Shown in pieces: positions 57,766-64,000 of a stretch of DNA of 64,000 bases (position 1 is its first letter; the number at the start of each line of letters is the position of its first letter). Position numbers and translations under genes: made by a program. A model generated the notes under the pieces. That model made no database searches, was not told the origin of the DNA, and saw only the letters and a program-made list of their open reading frames with translations. This DNA comes from Methanosarcinales archaeon (GTDB lineage Archaea > Halobacteriota > Methanosarcinia > Methanosarcinales > Methanocomedenaceae), in assembly GCA_021108405.1 (NCBI GenBank), contig JAIOQW010000347.1:18486-82485 (forward strand). The letters run 5' to 3'.

Positions 57766-57975
57766 GAGAACAAAATCATCGCTAACCCTTGGATTTTCTT
57801 GACCGACATTCCAAAGGAATGGAGGATTAGAAGATTCATAGAATCTTCGCCTGAGGCTCTGGAAGAGCCGAAGATAAAAATGTGAACGGAGTGAGCATTT
57901 TCGATACTGAAGCTTCGAAGAAGCTGAAGAATAGAAAATACGAAGTGTTTTCGATTCAAGTATAACTTGATATAC
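57766..57975 (-). repeat. Mosaic hairpin repeat, locus 18: permuted copy; + strand order M6'-M3'-M4'-M5'-M2'-M5b'-M2short'-M1
   Basis: All modules keep the inverted polarity, but M3'-M4'-M5' run in the opposite order to loci 3 and 11. Contains both M5 types and both M2 types. Confidence 0.9.
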
Positions 57976-58028
57976 TATTAAAAATGAAAATATATTAATA
58001 GTTGATCCTCTATTTATTACTATATAAC

Positions 58029-58841
58029 ATGCCAGAGCTTGAATATATAATATTTACTGATATGGATGGCACTCTAATAGACCATAATACCTATTCATAT
58101 AGAGATGCTTTACCGGCTTTAAGACTTATTAGTAAAAAGAATATCCCGCTTATCTTCTGTACCAGTAAGACAAAAGCAGAGTTAGAGGTTTATTGCGATG
58201 AATTGAACATCCACCATCCATTAATACCTGAAAATGGTGGTGCTATATTCATTCCTGAGGATTATTTTAATTTCCCTTATAAATATGATAAAAAAATTGA
58301 TAATTACCATGTCATCGAATTAGGAGAACAATATGAAATATTAAGAAGTATCCTCACAGAAATAAGCACTATGATAGATTGTAAAGTTATCGGGTTCGGG
58401 GATATGGATATAGACCAGATCTGCCTGGAATGCGGTTTGGACAGACAATCTGCTGCCTTTGCAATGAAACGTGACTATGATGAGGCATTTATTATATTAA
58501 GCCCTCCTGAGAAAGCTGTACAATTGGAACAGGAGATCCTGAATAAAGGCTATAATTATACCAAAGGTGGTCGGTTTCATCATATAATGGGCTGTAACGA
58601 TAAAGGCCGCTCAGTTTCAATCCTCAGTGACCTTTACAGGCAACAATGGTCAAATATAAAGACCATAGGTTTGGGTGACAGCCTTAATGACCTGCCAATG
58701 CTCAAGGTTGTTGACATAGGCATACTGGTACAAAAACCAGGAGGGATATATGACCCTGCTGTTACTGATCCTTCTATTAAAAAGGGGAATGGCATAGGTC
58801 CAGCAGGATGGAATAAGGAACTTATTAGTATCTTGAAATAA
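58029..58841 (+). CDS. HAD-IIB mannosyl/glucosyl-3-phosphoglycerate phosphatase family protein
   Basis: IFTDMDGTLID (DxD nucleophile motif), CTSKT, GDSLNDLPM. The size and pattern are those of MpgP/GpgP (YedP) enzymes. Confidence 0.8.
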   Translation: MPELEYIIFTDMDGTLIDHNTYSYRDALPALRLISKKNIPLIFCTSKTKAELEVYCDELNIHHPLIPENGGAIFIPEDYFNFPYKYDKKIDNYHVIELGEQYEILRSILTEISTMIDCKVIGFGDMDIDQICLECGLDRQSAAFAMKRDYDEAFIILSPPEKAVQLEQEILNKGYNYTKGGRFHHIMGCNDKGRSVSILSDLYRQQWSNIKTIGLGDSLNDLPMLKVVDIGILVQKPGGIYDPAVTDPSIKKGNGIGPAGWNKELISILK

Positions 58842-58904
58842 AATGTATTTATTTATGTATTTATGTATTTATACATTCTTAAAAAAAATTTGGTGTGATG
58901 AAGT

Positions 58905-59432
58905 ATGATTCGACTCGGCAGCATGTTGCCCCAAGCTTTTATGATCGGCATAATAGAAATGGTTAATGAAGCCGGTCCTGAGAAGACCGCAGAATGGCTT
59001 ACGAATATAGGTAAGGAAATGGCAAAAACTCAGGGCCCAGGACTTGAAGGAAGTCCTTTGGACGGACTGAATTACCTGCCTTTTTGCCCATTTGCAGATG
59101 AATTAATACGTTTTATTGATATATTTGGCGAGCACCCTGAAGAATTTTTAAAAATTGTGCAATATGCGAAAGAACGAGAAGCTGAAGATAAGAATAAAGT
59201 AGAATGTCCGGCAGTTGCTACATTTATTTGCTTGCTTCATAATGCATACAGGAAAAAAAGAGCCAAAATGGCAGGTTATGAAACAATACACCTTGCTTGT
59301 AAAGCTATAATGCCCAGTGCTCCAACAGCTTATAATGAAGAAGCAATTAAAGTAGCAGGCATAACAAAAGAAGAAGTTGATAATATCCTTCAAAAGGGAT
59401 CATGTATTTTTAAATTCATTAAAAAGGAGTGA
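58905..59432 (+). CDS. Hypothetical Cys-containing protein, 175 aa
   Basis: Clean ORF between the phosphatase and GH15 genes. Has LPFCPFADEL and CLLHNAYR motifs. No family confidently recognised. Confidence 0.4.
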   Translation: MIRLGSMLPQAFMIGIIEMVNEAGPEKTAEWLTNIGKEMAKTQGPGLEGSPLDGLNYLPFCPFADELIRFIDIFGEHPEEFLKIVQYAKEREAEDKNKVECPAVATFICLLHNAYRKKRAKMAGYETIHLACKAIMPSAPTAYNEEAIKVAGITKEEVDNILQKGSCIFKFIKKE

Positions 59433-59438
59433 TCTTCT

Positions 59439-60668
59439 TTGGATATTAGCGAAGCTGACAAATTATATGAGAATTGTGTTAAAATCCTCAAAGAGAACCA
59501 GCACCCGAACGGTGGGTTCTATGCCAGCCCTCCCGGAACAAGGTATCCCTTCATTTATCCGCGCGACCATTCTATTTGTATTCTCGGGGCTATCTCTGCA
59601 GATCTTTTAAAAGAAGCAAAACACGGTCTTGAGTTCATGCTGGCAGCCCAGAAACCTTCCGGGGAATTCAGCCAGCGTTATGATGTGGATGGGAACGATA
59701 CCAGTTACAAGGACCTGCAAATAGATGGCAATGGTTTAATCCTTTATGCTCTGAACCAGTACCTTAAGGCCACTGGTGGACTGTTCTATGACAGCCTTGC
59801 CGACAAGGCTTTTTGTAACCAGTACTGGGAAGCCATTGAAAAAGCTGTGGAATTCATACTTATAAATAAAAACAATGAAGTGGACCTTATTCATACCATA
59901 AACAGTATACATGAATATCCTGCTTACGAGCACGGTTTTGAGATATATGCCAATTGCACATGCTGTACCGGCCTTTTTGGAGCTATTGAGATAGGCGAGG
60001 CTCTTGGTAAGGATGTTGATGAATGGAAACAGCAGGCGCAACAGATAAGACTGGCAATACTTGAGAGGCTGTACAGTCCGAGGCGCAGGTCCTTTATAAA
60101 ATGCATCAGAGTAAAATATAAAAGCAGCGAGCCAATCGGATATGACGCTTTTGCCTCATCCGTAATAGATGTAGACGCTGTAGAATATTCTCCTGCCCAT
60201 TTCGGGCTTATCGATGAACATGACCTGAGGAATGTAAAGACCATAAAACGTATCCATGAGAAGCTCTGGGATAAAGAACTGGGTGGGTTGAACCGCTATC
60301 CAGAGCTCTGGAACCGCAATAATGGCGGTTACGGGCCGTGGTGCCATTTCACCTGCCAGCTTTCTAACCATTACACTGCTATCGGAGATCAGGATATGGC
60401 AGAAAAATATCTATGGTGGGTAGTGGAAATGGCACACGATCATATGCTGCCTGAGCATATATCAACAGTAGAACGCTTCGAGATGTGGCTGGAAGATTAC
60501 AGCAATGCCAGGATATTAAGGGACAGCAAACTCACTATGATCGAGAATGTCAGATCACACCCTAAATGGAAAGAAGGTTTTGCTTATGTTACTATGCCGC
60601 TCATCTGGCCACATGCTGAATTTATCAGGGCATATAATAATTATAAGAATAAATTTATTAAAAGATAA
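59439..60668 (+). CDS. Glycoside hydrolase family 15-like (glucoamylase/trehalase-type (alpha/alpha)6 barrel)
   Basis: TTG start. NGGFYASPPGTRYPFIYPRDHS, QIDGNGLILYAL, LNRYPELWN...GPWCHFTCQL are GH15-related patterns. Confidence 0.7.
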   Translation: MDISEADKLYENCVKILKENQHPNGGFYASPPGTRYPFIYPRDHSICILGAISADLLKEAKHGLEFMLAAQKPSGEFSQRYDVDGNDTSYKDLQIDGNGLILYALNQYLKATGGLFYDSLADKAFCNQYWEAIEKAVEFILINKNNEVDLIHTINSIHEYPAYEHGFEIYANCTCCTGLFGAIEIGEALGKDVDEWKQQAQQIRLAILERLYSPRRRSFIKCIRVKYKSSEPIGYDAFASSVIDVDAVEYSPAHFGLIDEHDLRNVKTIKRIHEKLWDKELGGLNRYPELWNRNNGGYGPWCHFTCQLSNHYTAIGDQDMAEKYLWWVVEMAHDHMLPEHISTVERFEMWLEDYSNARILRDSKLTMIENVRSHPKWKEGFAYVTMPLIWPHAEFIRAYNNYKNKFIKR

Positions 60669-60672
60669 CAGA

Positions 60673-61899
60673 TCATGAACGGTCTTGTTTACTTTCACTA
60701 AACACCTGTGCTAATTTCTCGGATGCATAAATATGGTCAAATTTCTTTACTAATTTCAAACCATTATCAGCAATTGTCTTTCTTAGTTCTGCGTCTTTTA
60801 AAAGACTGATCACATACCTGGCAAATGTATCATAATCATCAGCAACAAACATGTCATTCCCATGGGAAGGATCTATTCCAAAAGTAGCCAGAGGAGTAGC
60901 AACAACAGGCAATCCACATGCCATTGATTCTAATATTTTACCTCTAAATCCGGTGCCTAACTCTATCGGAGCTACAAACACATCGCTTTTCCAGTACAAT
61001 TGACGTACATTCTCATTATCTCCTCCTTCCCTGACAATGATATTGTCACTTCTTAGATCCAATAGTTCATGAGGCGGATGGAACCCGATTGCATAGAATT
61101 TTGCATCAGGGACTTCCTGAAGGATGTGGTTCCAGCAATGATCAATGAAATTCTTTGCAGCATCCACATTAGGATAATGCTCAAAATTTCCTAAATATAG
61201 AATTCTTTTTGAATTCTCATCCCGGGTTTTATCAATAGGAGGATAATAGAATTCCGTATCCACTCCATGGGGGACTATCCTGACTTTCTTCTTTAATCCG
61301 GGGTCATACTTGATTAGAATCTCACTGTCTTCCCTGGTTAGTGATAAAATTCTATCAACTGCATTATACATAGTGAATTCATAATCATGTAACTCCTTGA
61401 TTTGCGCATCACTGATGTCTTCTCCTTTTGCGGCTCTTAGTTCAAACGCTTTGGTATAGCATTCATGTACAGAAATTACTGTCAAAGTATCTGGCGGGAA
61501 TATATCCTGATTTGCTTCTAAGTATTGTCCTGCCATTGAATATTCTGCAATAACCGCATCGAAATGATTCTCTTTCACTGATATTCTCAATGCTTCTTCA
61601 ATTTCTTTATTATAGCCACCGTCGCCACTTAAAAAGAACTTAGGTCTTTTCATGTTGAATTTTTTAAATAAGTCCTCAACTTTCTCTTCAGATCTATCCT
61701 TAACAGAATCGATAAGCAGGATCTTATCACAATAGGGCTTAAGGCTTGTATCTTCACGATCTTTGTCAGATTGAGCAGGAGCGATCAGGGTTATATTATG
61801 TCCCATTAAAGACAGGTTTTTAATTCTATGATAGATAAGTATGGGTCCACCTATGATATCTGCCCTCGGAAGCAGTTTGGTTATAAATAAAAGGTTCAT
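60673..61899 (-). CDS. GT4-family (GT-B) glycosyltransferase
   Basis: N-terminal GGP..IYH and the C-terminal E-x7-E region (ILESMACGLPVVATPL). Confidence 0.8.
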   Translation of the reverse strand: MNLLFITKLLPRADIIGGPILIYHRIKNLSLMGHNITLIAPAQSDKDREDTSLKPYCDKILLIDSVKDRSEEKVEDLFKKFNMKRPKFFLSGDGGYNKEIEEALRISVKENHFDAVIAEYSMAGQYLEANQDIFPPDTLTVISVHECYTKAFELRAAKGEDISDAQIKELHDYEFTMYNAVDRILSLTREDSEILIKYDPGLKKKVRIVPHGVDTEFYYPPIDKTRDENSKRILYLGNFEHYPNVDAAKNFIDHCWNHILQEVPDAKFYAIGFHPPHELLDLRSDNIIVREGGDNENVRQLYWKSDVFVAPIELGTGFRGKILESMACGLPVVATPLATFGIDPSHGNDMFVADDYDTFARYVISLLKDAELRKTIADNGLKLVKKFDHIYASEKLAQVFSESKQDRS

Positions 61900-63134
61900 T
61901 TTGATTCTTTCCTTTCTTGAACAATATTTTCAATTCTTGATCTGATCTCTTCCTGATACGTATATTCCATCATTTCTTGCCAGCGTTTTTGCAATATGCA
62001 TAGATCCTGGAATGGACTGGAATCAGGCACAGCGTCGGTTTGGGAAATAATGATATTGCGTAATGCCTCTTCGCTTCCTTCAACGTCACCCTGGGCAAGA
62101 TATTCTTCTGATAAGAGTTCGGATGAATGTCTGATCTTCTCATTAAGATCATTCTTTAGAAAACAGCCTGGATACGGATCAAAATCCTCAGGATAGACCT
62201 TTATCATCCCTTCCACATCCTCCTGGCTTTCTATCTTTGAGCGTTCATAGATAAAACGATAAATATCCTCTCGCAATTGTTTCCAGGTATGGTGGGTTTT
62301 TTGCGGAGGAAGATGTTTGATCGAGAGTTGATCATCCAGGTAGAAACGATATCCGAACATCCTTGCATTCATTAAGAAGTCGATATCCTCACCTCTTGGA
62401 ACCTCAGGGTCAAATGGTATTACAGTAAAGAGTCTTCTATGAATGACCATATTCCCACCAAAAACAAATGGTGTCTCTTTTAACCTGGGTTCTGTTCCAA
62501 TGATCTGATCAAATGCCTTATTCATATTATCAAACTGATCCCAGTATTTCATCCAGGGGTGATATGGTTTCTTAACATGGTAGTCTCCATCGGGCTGGAG
62601 GTAATATCCGGCTACAGCATCGATATTTGATCCGGTACTATTAGTGCCAATGAATTCTTTTGTCTTTGATATGAATTTCCTATCCTCGAATACCTCGTCA
62701 TCATCAATAAGTACAGCCACTTCAGAACCCAGGACATGTGGAATGAACATACATAGATTTCGAATATTGGAATAACCATTGAGTTGAAGAAGATCAATAT
62801 ATTCCTTTTTACCTTCACTGATCAATAATTCATGTATCTGTTTAAGATGGGAAGGTCCAAATTGCAGTACTTCTACTCCAGCGTCAGTATAAGCGGATTT
62901 GATGATATCGGCTACTTTTTTTTCAACCTGGATCTCAATATCTTTTGATGTTGGGATAGCAAGTATTACCAATTGAAAATCTTTATCCTCAAGTACGCCT
63001 ACGCTCTGTATTGCTCGCGATAATGTACCTTCGTTATCCAGGGGGATCGGATGATCGTATATTGTATCTCCTTGTATCCAGCCAACACGGCTTTCTCTTG
63101 CCCAATATGATGGGATTACCATTGTAAGTTTCAA
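61896..63134 (-). CDS. GT-A-type glycosyltransferase-like protein (GT2-like)
   Basis: MVIPSYW..., acidic VLIDDDEVF (DxD-like) and PRGEDIDFLMNARMFGY. Overlaps the downstream GT4 gene by 4 nt (ATGA). Confidence 0.55.
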   Translation of the reverse strand: MKLTMVIPSYWARESRVGWIQGDTIYDHPIPLDNEGTLSRAIQSVGVLEDKDFQLVILAIPTSKDIEIQVEKKVADIIKSAYTDAGVEVLQFGPSHLKQIHELLISEGKKEYIDLLQLNGYSNIRNLCMFIPHVLGSEVAVLIDDDEVFEDRKFISKTKEFIGTNSTGSNIDAVAGYYLQPDGDYHVKKPYHPWMKYWDQFDNMNKAFDQIIGTEPRLKETPFVFGGNMVIHRRLFTVIPFDPEVPRGEDIDFLMNARMFGYRFYLDDQLSIKHLPPQKTHHTWKQLREDIYRFIYERSKIESQEDVEGMIKVYPEDFDPYPGCFLKNDLNEKIRHSSELLSEEYLAQGDVEGSEEALRNIIISQTDAVPDSSPFQDLCILQKRWQEMMEYTYQEEIRSRIENIVQERKESK

Positions 63135-63198
63135 AACAATAACTCCATTTATATTTTTATATTGCCGGGTGTTTTTCTACTATAAAATAATTAATTTT

Positions 63199-64000
63199 TT
63201 AGTTATAAGTATCAAGGTCATACAGAGCAGCCTCTTTTAATCTCTGACGAATATCAGGCATAGCTGATATTGCTCTTTTCCAGTCAGGCAGCCTCATTCT
63301 TGTCGGATTGTCGATATATTCCCTGCCTGATGATAACATAAGCTTTGAGATATCCTCAACAATGCATTCTTCATTGTGCCTGTTATAATTTAGCCTGTTG
63401 CACAGGGCATCAGCATGGTACTGACGTATATGATCCTGAGCTGTGCGCTTATACTGTACAATAACACTTTGCAAATAAGCCTCATTTATATCATATCCGT
63501 CTATTTCTACCAGATTCCTGAATATGGTCTTGGTAATATCTTTGATCATTTTAGTAATACCGCTTTCAGTATCTTTTCTAAAAGATCTGTGTTTGTGTTC
63601 ATAGAATTCAAGATCTACCTGGCATGTTCTTTTAAAGGTAATGTTTTTGAAGACTTCAGCAAGTAGTCCTACTTCCAGCCCCCAGTCACCTGGTATGCGG
63701 ATATTAAGGGCAAGATCAGATGTCATACAGAACTCACCGGAAAGTGGATATTTAAAAGCACACATATATTTAAGGAAATCCGAATGACCGTTCGTTTTTT
63801 CAAGTAACGTATTTAAAAGAGGACTTAACATAAGCCTGTACACACGACCGTACATTATCAGTTTTTCCATATCAATCCTTGCATAATATCCTTTATTAAA
63901 AAAGAAATCCAGATCAGGTTCAACAACAGGATAGAAAAGTTTTGCCGGGAGAATCCTGGCATATGATACAATATCTGCATCATGCATTGCTACAGCATAA
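63199..64000 (-). CDS. GT81-type glucosyl/mannosyl-3-phosphoglycerate synthase-like protein, C-terminal ~267 codons (gene runs off the right edge)
   Basis: The frame is open to the window end (..YAVAMHDADIVSY). The blocks DAD, GRVYRL..PLLN, YPLSGEF, GDWGLEVGLL and YEHKH parallel the GpgS (GT81) sequence as I recall it. Confidence 0.6.
   Translation of the reverse strand, partial: YAVAMHDADIVSYARILPAKLFYPVVEPDLDFFFNKGYYARIDMEKLIMYGRVYRLMLSPLLNTLLEKTNGHSDFLKYMCAFKYPLSGEFCMTSDLALNIRIPGDWGLEVGLLAEVFKNITFKRTCQVDLEFYEHKHRSFRKDTESGITKMIKDITKTIFRNLVEIDGYDINEAYLQSVIVQYKRTAQDHIRQYHADALCNRLNYNRHNEECIVEDISKLMLSSGREYIDNPTRMRLPDWKRAISAMPDIRQRLKEAALYDLDTYN

Noticed and set aside
1011-57975. Interpretation of the repeats as a conventional IS or autonomous transposon
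   Set aside because: No transposase or integrase ORF occurs anywhere in the window, and the elements are at most ~220 bp. A non-autonomous (MITE-like) origin is not excluded and is covered in the findings.
58843-58877. Short AT-rich micro-repeat (ATGTATTT units) between the phosphatase gene and the 175-aa ORF
   Set aside because: It has only about three imperfect units in AT-rich spacer DNA, indistinguishable from chance or simple slippage.
1-64000. Looked for in-frame TAG (pyrrolysine), TGA (selenocysteine), inteins, rRNA and additional tRNAs
   Set aside because: None of the accepted genes needs stop-codon recoding, other than the TAA case reported separately. No intein-like insertions were seen in Top6B, PurL or the helicase. 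No rRNA-like sequence or second tRNA-like cloverleaf was found in the intergenic regions read.

Overview
Archaeal chromosomal segment. Gene content suggests a low-GC Methanosarcinales-type euryarchaeon: Top6B, NrpR directly behind glnA, an archaeal-type dihydroneopterin aldolase-like gene, NAC, an AglH-like GT, PGF-/PEF-CTERM archaeosortase-type tails, and a GpgS/GpgP-like cluster. That taxonomic call is inference; no methanogenesis genes lie in the window. I support about 54 protein genes and one tRNA-Leu(CAA). Housekeeping genes (purL, purB, glnA, aroA, aroC, sucCD, moeA, inositol-1-phosphate synthase, DEAD-box helicase, AOR) alternate with many secreted or surface proteins. These include a 1988-aa putative glycoprotein co-oriented with a PGF-CTERM partner, an SGNH-hydrolase surface protein, a 14-repeat propeller-like protein, an extracellular S16/Lon-like protease and a PD40 propeller. 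The right end carries a glucosylglycerate-type sugar cluster. I saw no transposase, integrase, CRISPR array or recognisable defence genes. The signal that ordinary annotation does not explain, and my best candidate for something undescribed, is a dense family of mosaic intergenic repeats. It occupies at least 19 loci, roughly 2.5 kb by hand count. The loci are built from six to eight short hairpin modules (M1-M8) that are combined, permuted and tandemly amplified. Their stems show compensatory substitutions, and module M6 keeps a conserved tandem G.A motif. Secondary observations include a surface-protein gene whose signal peptide is only reachable through a -1 shift at an A_AAA_AAC tract. There is also a PEF-CTERM mini-protein with no canonical start codon, and a tiny Cys-rich ORF split by an in-frame TAA and bracketed by inverted repeat copies. 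All coordinates and motifs were read by eye from the sequence. No database search was possible.
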